Assembly: GCA_963662435.1 (NCBI GenBank)
Contig: OY759598.1
Location: 2,822,507 to 2,886,506, forward strand
Reading direction: 5' to 3'
Length of the DNA: 64,000 bases
Source: Dehalococcoidia bacterium
Lineage (GTDB): Bacteria; Chloroflexota; Dehalococcoidia; Lucifugimonadales; VXLM01
The notes beneath the pieces are model-generated. The model did not search any database, was not told the DNA's origin, and worked only from the letters and a program-made list of their open reading frames with translations. The position numbers were made by a program, and so were the translations under genes. Shown one piece after another: positions 41,343 to 51,433 of the stretch. Positions within the stretch are counted from its first letter, which is position 1. Every line of letters begins with the position of its first letter.

Positions 41343-42251
41343 ATGGACAAAGCTAACCCACCAAATAGCCCCAGACAGCGGAAGTTGCTTGGCTTGCTTG
41401 GCGAGCTTGGTGGTTCGATATCACACTTCGACTTCCAAAAGCTGTTGTTCCTATATTGCCAAGAACCAGAGACCAGCCGCCTTTACGAGTTTGTCCCCTA
41501 TAAGTTTGGGGCGTTTTCGTTCACCAGCTACGCTGACAAACGCAAGCTCATAGAAGAGGGACTACTAGCTAAGGAGGATGATGTTTGGCAACTAACTGTC
41601 AAGGGCGCAGCCGTTGCGTTTGGTGAGCGTGACGTAAGTGTTAAGCGATTTGCAAACCTATATGGAGACCTACGTGGCACCCCTCTAGTCGCTGAGGCTT
41701 ACCGAAGGTATCCCTACTACGCCATTCGCAGTGAGATTGTGGCGGATGTCCTCGGTGATGATGAAGAGGCCCGCCTGTCAGTTGAGAACGCTCAGCCGAG
41801 ATCAAGCCCAGGCACGTTGCTATCCATCGGTTATGAGGGGCACAGCCTCGAAGCCTATCTCAATCGACTAATCAAAGCAGGTGCCACGTTGCTGTGCGAC
41901 GTACGTCACAGTGCTCTCAGCAGAAAGTATGGATTCACTAAGTCCACTCTCTCAAATGCCTGTGAAGGAGTTGGGATCCGGTACGAACATCGACCTCAGC
42001 TAGGAATTAGCATTGACAGGCGACGAAATTTAGAGACCTCTGCGGATTATCTGCGGCTATTTGCTGAGTACAAGGTACGCGACCTACCACGAGAAAAAGA
42101 GACCATCGCCGAAGCAGTAGAATGGGTCAGATTAGGTGAGAGTGTTGCATTGACTTGCTATGAGAGAGATTCTAAGAAGTGTCATCGTCGAACCGTCGCA
42201 TTGACCATAAAGTACCAATCAGGCATACTGTCGTCAGTCAATCACCTATGA
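41343..42251 (+). CDS. DUF488 family protein with N-terminal wHTH-like domain
   Basis: FQKLLFL..F.PYKFGAFS; SIGYEG, LCDVR, SRKYGF, LTCYE....CHR. Confidence 0.8.
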   Translation: MDKANPPNSPRQRKLLGLLGELGGSISHFDFQKLLFLYCQEPETSRLYEFVPYKFGAFSFTSYADKRKLIEEGLLAKEDDVWQLTVKGAAVAFGERDVSVKRFANLYGDLRGTPLVAEAYRRYPYYAIRSEIVADVLGDDEEARLSVENAQPRSSPGTLLSIGYEGHSLEAYLNRLIKAGATLLCDVRHSALSRKYGFTKSTLSNACEGVGIRYEHRPQLGISIDRRRNLETSADYLRLFAEYKVRDLPREKETIAEAVEWVRLGESVALTCYERDSKKCHRRTVALTIKYQSGILSSVNHL

Positions 42252-43081
42252 GCGACGTTCGCAGAGAGCGCATCCTCGTAACAGTTAAGACATATCCGAC
42301 GCTATCTACTAAGTATGGCGAAACAGTCTGCACGGCAGGGGTGCGTGAAGATGGTACTTGGATTCGTCTATACCCCGTTCCCTTCAGACGCCTCGGTGAA
42401 GAAGAGCAATATAGCAAGTACGACTGGGTGGAGTGTAGCGTTAGGCGTCAGTCATCAGATCGGCGACCAGAGTCATTTCGGCCAGTTGACAATACTGAAC
42501 TTAGGCCTGTTGGCCACTTAGATACGGGCGATCTGTGGAGGGAGAGGCGCCGTATACTTCTACAATCTGGGCACGTTTACGACCGGCTCGACAAAATCAT
42601 AGGTGCCGCGAAGAATAACGCATTCTCTCTGTGTGTGTTCAAACCTGCCAAGGTGTTGGATTTTGTTTGCGAGTCAGACGACAGGGACTGGGATTCCAAG
42701 AAACTCAACAAGATGCGCGAGATTCTAGACCAGTTCGACCTGTTCGAAGACAACAGTTGGCGGCTGACCTTTGAGCTGATTCCTAAACTCCCCTACAAGT
42801 TTTCATACTGCTTCAAAGACTCGATTGGTAGGGAGAGCAAGCTTCAAATCTTTGATTGGGAAATAGGGGCGTTATATTGGAACTGTCTGCGATCATCAGA
42901 TGGTGATGAAGAAATGGCCTGCGAAAAGGTACGGAAGAAGTATATGGACGAGTTTCTCACTAAGGATCTTCATTTCTTTCTTGGCACAACACTGGAATGG
43001 CATTTCAAGGCGGCGCCAAATCCATGGGTCATCATAGGGTTGCTTCCTGTCCCCCACGACAACCGACTATCACTCTTCTAG
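42248..43081 (+). CDS. Hypothetical protein coupled to the DUF488 gene (possible OB-fold)
   Basis: ATGA overlap; ILVTVKTYP..S.KY.E.VCTAG..DG.WIRLYP, D.RPES, DWEIG. Confidence 0.7.
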   Translation: MSDVRRERILVTVKTYPTLSTKYGETVCTAGVREDGTWIRLYPVPFRRLGEEEQYSKYDWVECSVRRQSSDRRPESFRPVDNTELRPVGHLDTGDLWRERRRILLQSGHVYDRLDKIIGAAKNNAFSLCVFKPAKVLDFVCESDDRDWDSKKLNKMREILDQFDLFEDNSWRLTFELIPKLPYKFSYCFKDSIGRESKLQIFDWEIGALYWNCLRSSDGDEEMACEKVRKKYMDEFLTKDLHFFLGTTLEWHFKAAPNPWVIIGLLPVPHDNRLSLF

Positions 43082-43210
43082 CTCAGACATCTGGCTGAGC
43101 AACGAAGAGCGAGGTGCATCTACACCTTCCCGGACTATCTGAAGGGCAAGACCTTCGCGGACTTTGTTTGATACACTGCTGTCACGACGAGACCGGGCAA
43201 TAGTGGAGGC

Positions 43211-44029
43211 ATGGTGGAATTGCTTTGCCGGTTCTCCAAACGGATGTTTGGTGCGGCTGCACTGGCCGCGCTGCTGGCATTGGCCGTATTCGGTTGCTCC
43301 CCGGCGCGGGACACTCCTTTGATTTCGTCGGAGGAGTTCGGCACACCTACGGCTGTTCCAACGCCTACGGCGACGAGGCTCCCGGAGGAGGCAGTCCAGA
43401 TTGCGGGTCAGAGGACGAGCGACGCGCAGACTGCGCTCGACGTGGTGGGCAAGGACATCATAAAGATCGCCAACTGGAATGAGGGTGGTCCGGCCATGCT
43501 CAACAGCCTCCTCGGCTACTTCATGGTGTGGGGATATGATTACACCGTCGAACTGGTCGAGATGGAGCGAGAAGACTACCGGGACGCCTTGGAAAAGGGC
43601 GAAGTCGACCTGGTGCTCCACGTTGATACCGCAGATGCGGACACCGCCGAGTGGCTGAGTTCCGTGGTCGATAGTGGAACGGTGCTGGAAGGCGGCAAAC
43701 CGCTGGCCGACACGGAGACAGTACTCATAGCAGTACATCCCACGCTGATGGAACGGGCGCCGGACCTGGTGAACTTCCTCTCCACCACGACCCTGCCAGG
43801 CGGCGAATTCTCGAGGATCGCCGGCATGGTGAAGTTCGGACGTGTGGGCGTAAACCCCGGCGCGGGGGCGTTCAAGTACCTCAAGGAGCAGGGCGCGGTC
43901 TGGAACACATGGGTCCCAGCGGAGGAGGCGTCAAAGGTCCAGGCGGCGATCGATGCGAGCAAGACCTCACTCCGCAACCGGACGTGTATTCCGCAGGGCG
44001 TGGAGGCCAACGACTGCGGGAGGAACTAG
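43211..44029 (+). CDS. Lipoprotein, glycine-betaine-type substrate-binding-like
   Basis: Signal peptide with AVFGC lipobox; GYDYTVELV, ALEKGEVDL, W.TWV. Confidence 0.55.
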   Translation: MVELLCRFSKRMFGAAALAALLALAVFGCSPARDTPLISSEEFGTPTAVPTPTATRLPEEAVQIAGQRTSDAQTALDVVGKDIIKIANWNEGGPAMLNSLLGYFMVWGYDYTVELVEMEREDYRDALEKGEVDLVLHVDTADADTAEWLSSVVDSGTVLEGGKPLADTETVLIAVHPTLMERAPDLVNFLSTTTLPGGEFSRIAGMVKFGRVGVNPGAGAFKYLKEQGAVWNTWVPAEEASKVQAAIDASKTSLRNRTCIPQGVEANDCGRN

Positions 44030-44186
44030 GTTCGGTTCCCTATGATGTTGGCCGACCAGTCAAAGAATACCCTCACCCTAGCCGTCTCCCACGACGGGAG
44101 AGGGGATAAATCGGCATCTGCGTTTTCGTCATATTCGAGTTGACTGTGTACTACGTTCATGTCGTTTTAGGTTCGCCGCTTGCTGA

Positions 44187-44299
44187 GAGGGTGTCTAAAC
44201 ACCCTTCCGTTCACCCTGAACCTGTCGAAGGGTCGAGGCGCTGTTCATGGTTCGACAAGCTCACCACGAACGGTTTCCGACGACTAATTAGACACCCTC
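44187..44299. mobile_element. 113-bp MITE containing a REP doublet
   Basis: TIRs GAGGGTGTCTAA / TTAGACACCCTC with TGA on both flanks. Confidence 0.75.
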
Positions 44300-44575
44300 T
44301 GAGACCCCTCCAAGAGCCACCCAGCCCCTCTGGATACCGGCCTTCGCCGGTATGACGGATTTCCCGACTTGTGGCCGTTAGATAGCAAGAAACGTGCGTG
44401 ATTTGAGAGTTGTTTCCCGGCTAGAGACGGGTTTCGGCCTTTGTGCGATTGACAGGTTAGATTCGTTCGCATACCCTTGCGGCGAGTCGAGGAATCGGAG
44501 CGGCTAGGGTTTTCCTTTTCCAAGAGGGAGGTCAGTCGCTCCGCATAGTCTTGAACACTTAGAGGGAGGTGAATC

Positions 44576-45046
44576 GTGAAAGTCCCAGTGGACATAACGG
44601 TCAATGGGCGCACGTTCAGCGAGGAGGTGGAGCCACGGCAGCTGCTCGTTCACTTCATTCGCGAAAACGCCGCGCTCACGGGTACCAAGGTCGCGTGCGA
44701 CACGAGTCAATGCGGGTCTTGCACCGTCACGATGGACGGGGTCAGCGTCAAGTCATGTACGGTCCTTACCGCACAGGCGAGCGGCTCTTGCATCACGACG
44801 GTCGAGGGCCTGTCGGACGGCGTGGATTTGCACCCGCTGCAGGAAGCCTTCTGGAACAACCATGGGCTCCAATGCGGGTTCTGCACTCCGGGAATGATCA
44901 TGGCGGCAAGCGAGCTGCTGCGAACGAACCCGGAGCCCTCACGCGAAGAGATCCGGGAAGGGCTGGAGGGCAACATCTGCCGATGCACCGGATACCAAAA
45001 CATCGTGCTGGCGGTCGAAGACGCCGCACGAACGATGGGAGGCTAG
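44576..45046 (+). CDS. coxS: CoxS-like 2Fe-2S subunit
   Basis: [23 protein letters not shown]. Confidence 0.92.
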   Translation: MKVPVDITVNGRTFSEEVEPRQLLVHFIRENAALTGTKVACDTSQCGSCTVTMDGVSVKSCTVLTAQASGSCITTVEGLSDGVDLHPLQEAFWNNHGLQCGFCTPGMIMAASELLRTNPEPSREEIREGLEGNICRCTGYQNIVLAVEDAARTMGG

Positions 45047-45049
45047 ACC

Positions 45050-47404
45050 ATGACGACAAGATTGTTCGGTTCAGGAATTCGTCGTCGTGAGGACCCCCGG
45101 CTCATCACAGGCCGAGCCTCGTACACAGACGACATCAGCTTACCGGGCATGGTGTACGCCGCGATTCTCCGGAGTCCGTACGCTCATGCCAACATAACGA
45201 GTATCGACACGAGCGCGGCGGCGTGCCAGCCCGGCGTTATCGCGGTCTACACCGGCGCGGACACCGAGGGGCATCTGAACCCGATTCCCTGCGCGTGGCT
45301 CATCCCCGACTCCGACCTCGTCACGCCGGACCATCCGGCCATCGCGAAGGACAAGGTCCGGTACGTCGGCGACGCCGTAGCGGTGGTGGTGGCCGAGAAC
45401 CGGTACCAGGCCGAGGACGCACTCGAACACATCGACGTGGACTACGAGCCGCTGGACGTGACGATCAACCCGAAAGCATCCACCATGGACGGCGCGCCGC
45501 AGATCCACGACGACGCGCCGAACAACATCGCGTTCAAGTGGACGGTGGCGGGCGGAGAGATCGACGAGGCGTTCGAGAAGGCGGACGTGGTCGTCAAGGA
45601 CACGATCAACCTGCAAAGGCTGATCCCCAACGCGATGGAGCCGCGCTCGGCGGTCGCCCAATACGTGGCGGCAACCGGCAACCTCACGCTGTGGGGGACG
45701 ACGCAGAACCCGCACATCGCGCGATTCCTGAGTTCAGTAGTGACAGGCGTCGGAGAGCACAAGGTGCGAGTCATCGCCCCTGAGGTCGGGGGCGGGTTCG
45801 GGAGCAAGATCCCCTACTATGCCGACGAGGCGATCACTTCCTTCTGCGCGATGCAGTTGGGCGTTCCGGTCAAGTGGACGGAGACGCGAAGCGAGAACTA
45901 CCAGGCGACGATCCACGGGCGCGACCACGTGGAAGAGCTAGAGATGGCGGCCACGAATGACGGTGAGATCCTGGGCCTTCGGACGACGGTATACGCCGGA
46001 CTTGGCGGGTACCTGTCGACGGCGGCTCCGGGAGTCCCGACGATCCTTCACGGCCTGATGTACTCGGGGGCGTACCACATCCCGGCGGTGTACGGCGACA
46101 TATACGGTGTGTTCACGAACGCGACCCCGGTGGACGCCTACCGCGGGGCGGGAAGGCCTGAGGCGACGACTCTCGTCGAGCGACTGGTTGACCTGGTCGC
46201 CGCCGCGACGGGCCTCGATCCTGTGGAGGTCCGCCGACGGAACCTGATCGAGGCGTTCGAGGAGAACCAGGACGTTTCGACCGGTATCGTGTACGACAGC
46301 GGCGACTACGAGGCCGCGCTCGACAAGGCGGTCGACCACATCGGATACGCCGACCTCCGGGAGAAGCAGGCGGCTATGCGAGCGGAAGGAAAACACATCG
46401 GAATCGGCGTGTGTTCCTACGTGGAGATATGCGGACTCGGCCCATCGCAGGTCGCGGGAGCGGTTGGCTTCCAGGGCGGTCTTTGGGAGAGCGCGATCGT
46501 CCGGTTCCACCCTACCGGCAAGGTACACGTGATGATCGGCTCCTCGCCGCACGGCCAGGGAGAGGAGACGACCTTCGCCCAGATTCTCGCGGGAGAGCTC
46601 GGCGTGCCGGTGGACGACGTAGACGTGATCCACGGCGACACGGACAACACGCCGATGGGCTGGGGCACGTACGGCAGCCGTACGACGGCCGTGTCGGGCG
46701 CGGCAATAGCCCTTGCCAGTCGCAAGATCAAGGACAAGGCCCAAGCGCTGGCGGCCCATCTGCTTGAAGCGGATGCCGCCGACATCGAGTACGACGACGG
46801 CAAGTTTTTCGTGAAGGGCTCGCCCGACGAGCACAAGACGATCCAGGACATCGCGCTTATGGCGAACGTGGCGTGGGACATGCCGGAGGGCATGGATCCG
46901 GGCCTCGAGGCCAGCGCGTTCTACGATCCCCCGAACTTCACGTACCCGTTCGGGACGCACATCGCGGTCGTCGAACTGGACGCGTCGACGGGTCAGATCG
47001 AGTTGAAGAAGTACGTTGCGGTGGACGACTGCGGCGTGCAGATCAACCCGATGATCGTCGAGGGACAGGTACACGGAGGCGTGGTTCAGGGCACGGGCCC
47101 GGTATTGTGGGAAGGGGCGGTCTACGACGAGGACGGCCAGCTGCTCACGGGGTCGCTGCTCGACTACGCGATGCCGAGGGCGGACAACTTCCCGGACATC
47201 GAGGTCCTGTCCAACACGACTGCTTCGCCGCACCACCCGCTTGGGGTGAAGGGCATCGGCGAGGCCGGGACGATTGCCTCGACCGCTGCGGTGTACAACG
47301 CGGCGATGGACGTTCTGAGGCCCTTGGGCGTGAACAGCGTAGATATGCCGCTGACGCCTGAGAAGGTCTGGAGCGCGATCAATCAAGCACAGAACGGAGG
47401 GTAG
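45050..47404 (+). CDS. coxL: CoxL-like molybdenum hydroxylase large subunit (form II type)
   Basis: RREDPRLITG, VGGGFGSK, AYRGAGR, GTYGSR, KGIGE. Confidence 0.88.
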   Translation: MTTRLFGSGIRRREDPRLITGRASYTDDISLPGMVYAAILRSPYAHANITSIDTSAAACQPGVIAVYTGADTEGHLNPIPCAWLIPDSDLVTPDHPAIAKDKVRYVGDAVAVVVAENRYQAEDALEHIDVDYEPLDVTINPKASTMDGAPQIHDDAPNNIAFKWTVAGGEIDEAFEKADVVVKDTINLQRLIPNAMEPRSAVAQYVAATGNLTLWGTTQNPHIARFLSSVVTGVGEHKVRVIAPEVGGGFGSKIPYYADEAITSFCAMQLGVPVKWTETRSENYQATIHGRDHVEELEMAATNDGEILGLRTTVYAGLGGYLSTAAPGVPTILHGLMYSGAYHIPAVYGDIYGVFTNATPVDAYRGAGRPEATTLVERLVDLVAAATGLDPVEVRRRNLIEAFEENQDVSTGIVYDSGDYEAALDKAVDHIGYADLREKQAAMRAEGKHIGIGVCSYVEICGLGPSQVAGAVGFQGGLWESAIVRFHPTGKVHVMIGSSPHGQGEETTFAQILAGELGVPVDDVDVIHGDTDNTPMGWGTYGSRTTAVSGAAIALASRKIKDKAQALAAHLLEADAADIEYDDGKFFVKGSPDEHKTIQDIALMANVAWDMPEGMDPGLEASAFYDPPNFTYPFGTHIAVVELDASTGQIELKKYVAVDDCGVQINPMIVEGQVHGGVVQGTGPVLWEGAVYDEDGQLLTGSLLDYAMPRADNFPDIEVLSNTTASPHHPLGVKGIGEAGTIASTAAVYNAAMDVLRPLGVNSVDMPLTPEKVWSAINQAQNGG

Positions 47405-47407
47405 GCC

Positions 47408-48277
47408 ATGTACGCATCGCAGACCGAATACCACCGAGCCGGCTCGGTAGAAGAAGCCGTATCTCTCCTATCGGGGAATGAAGACGCGAAGGTGCTGGCG
47501 GGCGGGCACAGCCTGATCCCGCTGATGAAGCTGAGGCTGGCCTCTCCCGCACTGCTGGTCGACATCGGCCAAGTGGAAGAGCTCAGCAGCGGAGTGACGT
47601 GCAACGACGAGACGATCTCAATATCGTCGCTGACAACGCACGCCACAATCGCCTCGTCGGACATCCTGAAGAGCGACTGTCCGGTGTTGGCGGAGGCGGC
47701 GGGCATGATCGGCGATCCGGCCGTGCGCAATCGCGGCACGATCGGGGGCAACCTCGCCCACTCCGACCCTGCATCCGACCTGCCGACGGTGCTCACGGCG
47801 CTTGGCGCGAGCATCAACATCACAGGCCCGGGCGGGTCGAGGAGTGAGTGCGTCAGCGGCTTCATCCAAGGGCTGATGGAGAACAACCTCGGCCCCGACG
47901 AGATCATCACGAGCATCGATGTCCCAGCGAATCAGGCAAACCAAGGGGCAGCGTACGCGAAGCTCTCGCACCCGGCGTCCCGGTACGCCGTCGTGGGCGC
48001 TGCGGCGTCCGTCACCGTCGAGGGCGGCACCGTCACGGCGGCCAGCGTGGCAGTAGGGGGCGTGCAGCCTGCGCCGACGGTCGGAAGCTCCGTCGCGGCA
48101 AGTCTGGTCGGGAATGCACCGACCGACGCGGCGCTGGACGAGGCCGCCGCGGCCATCTGCAACGACATCGGCGACGACGTGCTGAGTGACATCTTCGCCT
48201 CCGAGGACTATCGCAAGGCGATGGCCGTCGTGTACACGCGACGCGCCCTTGGCTGCGCCGTGGAGTGCGCGGGCTAG
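47408..48277 (+). CDS. coxM: CoxM-like FAD-binding subunit
   Basis: LAGGHSLIPLMKLR, VRNRGTIGGN, DPASD. Confidence 0.92.
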   Translation: MYASQTEYHRAGSVEEAVSLLSGNEDAKVLAGGHSLIPLMKLRLASPALLVDIGQVEELSSGVTCNDETISISSLTTHATIASSDILKSDCPVLAEAAGMIGDPAVRNRGTIGGNLAHSDPASDLPTVLTALGASINITGPGGSRSECVSGFIQGLMENNLGPDEIITSIDVPANQANQGAAYAKLSHPASRYAVVGAAASVTVEGGTVTAASVAVGGVQPAPTVGSSVAASLVGNAPTDAALDEAAAAICNDIGDDVLSDIFASEDYRKAMAVVYTRRALGCAVECAG

Positions 48278-48353
48278 AAGACCCCCACTCTGTATCTCTC
48301 CCCCGTCGAACGGGGGAGAGACTAACCTACTTTATCGGGGTAAAATCCGCGGA

Positions 48354-49577
48354 ATGACGACTATCCATGAGCAAGTCCTTGCCGCCGCCAGGCGCTTGTG
48401 CGAAGGCTCGGCTGATGGGACATTTAGTCCTATTAAAATCATCCGGGAATTGCCGCATCTGAAGCCCAATAGCGTTCGCACACACGTCATAAACTGGTGT
48501 TGCGTGAACGCTAACACAACTTACAGTAATAAGTATCCGTATTTTCGGCGTGTTGGTAAGGGCGTATATCAGATTGAACCGTTATTCCGTTCAGGTGAGA
48601 AGAACACTGCCACATCAAGTACGACTCCCCACTTGACGGAAACCACCGACACCTCCCCCATACCCGTATCCGTCGACGAACTTCAGAAGGCGCTACAGGA
48701 GAACCTGTATGTGGCCGACCGGAGCCTGGCGATATCGATCTACCTGGCGCTGAAGCTGAATCGTCCGCTGTTCCTGGAGGGCGAGGCGGGGGTTGGCAAG
48801 ACGGAGATCGCCAAGGTGCTCGCGGCGGCCCTCGATACACGGCTGATCCGGCTGCAGTGCTACGAGGGGCTGGACGTAAACCAGGCGGTGTACGAGTGGA
48901 ACTACTCGCGGCAGCTGCTGGAGATTCGAATGCTGGAGGCGGCCGACCGGATCAGCGAAAGCGAGGCCGAGCAGGAGTTGTTCAGCGAGAAATTCCTGAT
49001 AAAGCGGCCTCTGCTCCAGGCCATCGAATCGAGCGACGGCAAGCCGCCAGTGCTGCTCATCGACGAGCTCGACCGCGCGGACGAGGAGTTCGAGGGGTTC
49101 CTCCTGGAGCTGCTCTCCGAATTCCAGATAACCATCCCCGAGTTGGGCACGTTCCGCGCCGAGGAGCCACCGTACGTGATCATCACGTCGAACCGTACAC
49201 GCGAGATCCACGACGCGCTGAAGCGCCGGTGCCTGTACTACTGGATCGACTATCCCGACTTTCAGAAGGAGGTCCAGATCGTCACGAGCAAGGCGCCGGA
49301 TGCCCCAAGGAAGCTGGCCGAGCAGGTCACGGCGTTCGTGCAGGAGCTTCGCACGGCGGAACTCTACAAGGTGCCCGGCGTGGCGGAGACGCTGGACTGG
49401 ACGGCTGCGTTGGTGGGACTGGACCAGACGGAGCTCGATCCGTCGGTGATCGACGACACGCTCGGCATCATGCTCAAGTACCGCGAGGACGTTGAGGCAG
49501 TGCGCGGCGACCAGTCGAGGGCCCTGCTGAACCAGTCAATGAATCGAGGCGCGCGACGTGGCGGCAGGCGTGGCTGA
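48354..49577 (+). CDS. coxD: CoxD-like MoxR AAA+ ATPase with an extra N-terminal domain
   Basis: LEGEAGVGKT, LLIDELD, TSNRTREIHDALKRRC; ~93-aa AT-richer N-terminal extension; alternative TTG start 48633. Confidence 0.85.
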   Translation: MTTIHEQVLAAARRLCEGSADGTFSPIKIIRELPHLKPNSVRTHVINWCCVNANTTYSNKYPYFRRVGKGVYQIEPLFRSGEKNTATSSTTPHLTETTDTSPIPVSVDELQKALQENLYVADRSLAISIYLALKLNRPLFLEGEAGVGKTEIAKVLAAALDTRLIRLQCYEGLDVNQAVYEWNYSRQLLEIRMLEAADRISESEAEQELFSEKFLIKRPLLQAIESSDGKPPVLLIDELDRADEEFEGFLLELLSEFQITIPELGTFRAEEPPYVIITSNRTREIHDALKRRCLYYWIDYPDFQKEVQIVTSKAPDAPRKLAEQVTAFVQELRTAELYKVPGVAETLDWTAALVGLDQTELDPSVIDDTLGIMLKYREDVEAVRGDQSRALLNQSMNRGARRGGRRG

Positions 49578-50874
49578 CGCGGCGGGGGGACACATCCTCC
49601 ATAACCTGCTGCTGTTCGGGCGGCTCCTGCGGCGCATGGGATTGGACGTTCACGTCGGACGGATGCTCGATGCCGTGGCGGTCATCGACGACATCGGTCT
49701 CGCCAAGAAAGGCGACTTTCGCGCCACGCTCCGCACCCTGCTCGTCCACCGCAAGGATGATCTCGCCCTGTTCGACGAGGCGTTCGACGTCTTCTGGCGG
49801 CAGCCGAAGGACCCACAGACGACGATGGACCTGCGGTCGATGGGGGAGCAGCGTCGCTTCCGGCAGCCGCAGGTGGGGCCACCTCCCCCCGGCTCGTCCA
49901 CGAACGGCTTGGACGACGGCCAGGACGAGTCCGAGGAGGATATCGACAGGATCGACCTGACCCGCACATTCAGCGCGAGGGAGGTCCTCCGCAAGAAGAG
50001 CTTCGCGGAATACACTCCGGACGAGTTCACCCAGGCTCGCATGATGATCGAGGAACTGCAGTGGGACCTGGGTCGCCGTCGCACGAGGCGCTGGGGACGC
50101 GGTGACGGCAGGCAACTCGATCTCCGAAGGGCGCTGAGAAGCAGCCTTCGATACGGCGGGGAGCCGGTGCACCTCCCGACGAAGCGACGAAAGACGACGC
50201 CGCGCAGGCTGGTGCTGATCTGCGACGTAAGCGGCTCGATGGAGCGTTACACCCGAATGCTGCTGCAGTTCATCCACACGCTGTACGGCGGTCTGGACAA
50301 CAGGGTGGAGGCGTTCCTGTTTGCCACGAGGCTGACCCGCGTGACGGGGCACCTCGACTACCGCGACATCGACCGGTCAATCGACGAGGTGTCAAAGGCG
50401 GTGCCCGACTGGTCGGGCGGCACGCGCATCGGCGATATTCTGAAGACGTTCAACTTCCGCTGGGCGCGGCGGGTGCTGGGATGGGGGTCGGTGGTGCTGG
50501 TCATCTCGGACGGCTGGGACAGGGGCGAGCCAGCCCTCTTCGGCAGAGAGATGGCGCGGCTCCAGAGGAGCAGTCACCGGCTGATTTGGCTCAATCCGCT
50601 CGCGGGGTCAGCAAACTACGAGCCGTTGACGCGAGGGATGAGGGCGGCGATCCCGTATATCGACGACCTGATGCCCGTCCATAACCTGGCGAGCCTTGAG
50701 GATCTCGCGCAGCACCTCAACACCCTGTCGGACAGCCGCCCGGAGAGGCGGCAGCACATCGCTGCGCCGGAACCTGAGGACGACGCACCGGCGGTTTCGC
50801 GTGTGCGCGGATCGTCGAGGCACCGGACGGCCAATCCGACTTTCAGGCACCCGTTGTGGGGGCGTGAGGGCTAA
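49570..50874 (+). CDS. coxE: CoxE-like VWA domain protein
   Basis: DVSGSM MIDAS motif, GGTRIG, ISDGWD, WLNPL. Confidence 0.88.
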   Translation: MADAAGGHILHNLLLFGRLLRRMGLDVHVGRMLDAVAVIDDIGLAKKGDFRATLRTLLVHRKDDLALFDEAFDVFWRQPKDPQTTMDLRSMGEQRRFRQPQVGPPPPGSSTNGLDDGQDESEEDIDRIDLTRTFSAREVLRKKSFAEYTPDEFTQARMMIEELQWDLGRRRTRRWGRGDGRQLDLRRALRSSLRYGGEPVHLPTKRRKTTPRRLVLICDVSGSMERYTRMLLQFIHTLYGGLDNRVEAFLFATRLTRVTGHLDYRDIDRSIDEVSKAVPDWSGGTRIGDILKTFNFRWARRVLGWGSVVLVISDGWDRGEPALFGREMARLQRSSHRLIWLNPLAGSANYEPLTRGMRAAIPYIDDLMPVHNLASLEDLAQHLNTLSDSRPERRQHIAAPEPEDDAPAVSRVRGSSRHRTANPTFRHPLWGREG

Positions 50875-51097
50875 GACTGGGCTAAACGGGTGCGGGCGAG
50901 AGGGTCTCGATGATGGGGGATTTCACTCTTCGACAGGCTTTCAAGTAACTGCGGGAACCCCCTCTCTGTATCTCTCCCCCGGCGGGGGAGAGATTGGGGG
51001 TGTCTTTTCGGCAGTTTCTTACACGCCGGCACAGTCCCGCAGGCGGGGCGTAACGATGCTCAGGGTGAACGGATATTCTTCGAACTCCCTAGGTCAT

Positions 51098-51361
51098 CTA
51101 TAGCTCTCGCCGGTCTTCGGCGACGGCATCTACTGCGGAGACTCCCTCTGGCCAGTGCTTTGTAACTTCCTCTGCGATGCGGTCCATTTCTTCGAGGATG
51201 GAGCGGTCACCTGCGACTTGAGTCACCGTATCCTGAACGGGGCCGAGCTTGGCCACGGGTCGACCGCGATACGTTATGAGAAACGTTTCGTTTGCCTCAC
51301 GGACTCTGCGGATGATCTCGCTTGTCCGCGTCTTCAGTTCGCTAATTCCTACTTCGGTCAT
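51098..51361 (-). CDS. Phd/YefM-family antitoxin
   Basis: VGISELK..SEIIRRV..ITYRGRPVAKL. Confidence 0.85.
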   Translation of the reverse strand: MTEVGISELKTRTSEIIRRVREANETFLITYRGRPVAKLGPVQDTVTQVAGDRSILEEMDRIAEEVTKHWPEGVSAVDAVAEDRREL

Positions 51362-51433
51362 CGTGGTGGGCCCTGTTTGTAATTGCCGACACAACTACGA
51401 TATCCCGCAGGCGAGCCGGTTGGCAAATCCGCG

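Noticed and set aside
45050..47404. Bona fide (form I) aerobic CO dehydrogenase
   Set aside because: The active-site motif is AYRGAGR, not AYxCSFR, and the gene order is S-L-M; substrate unresolved
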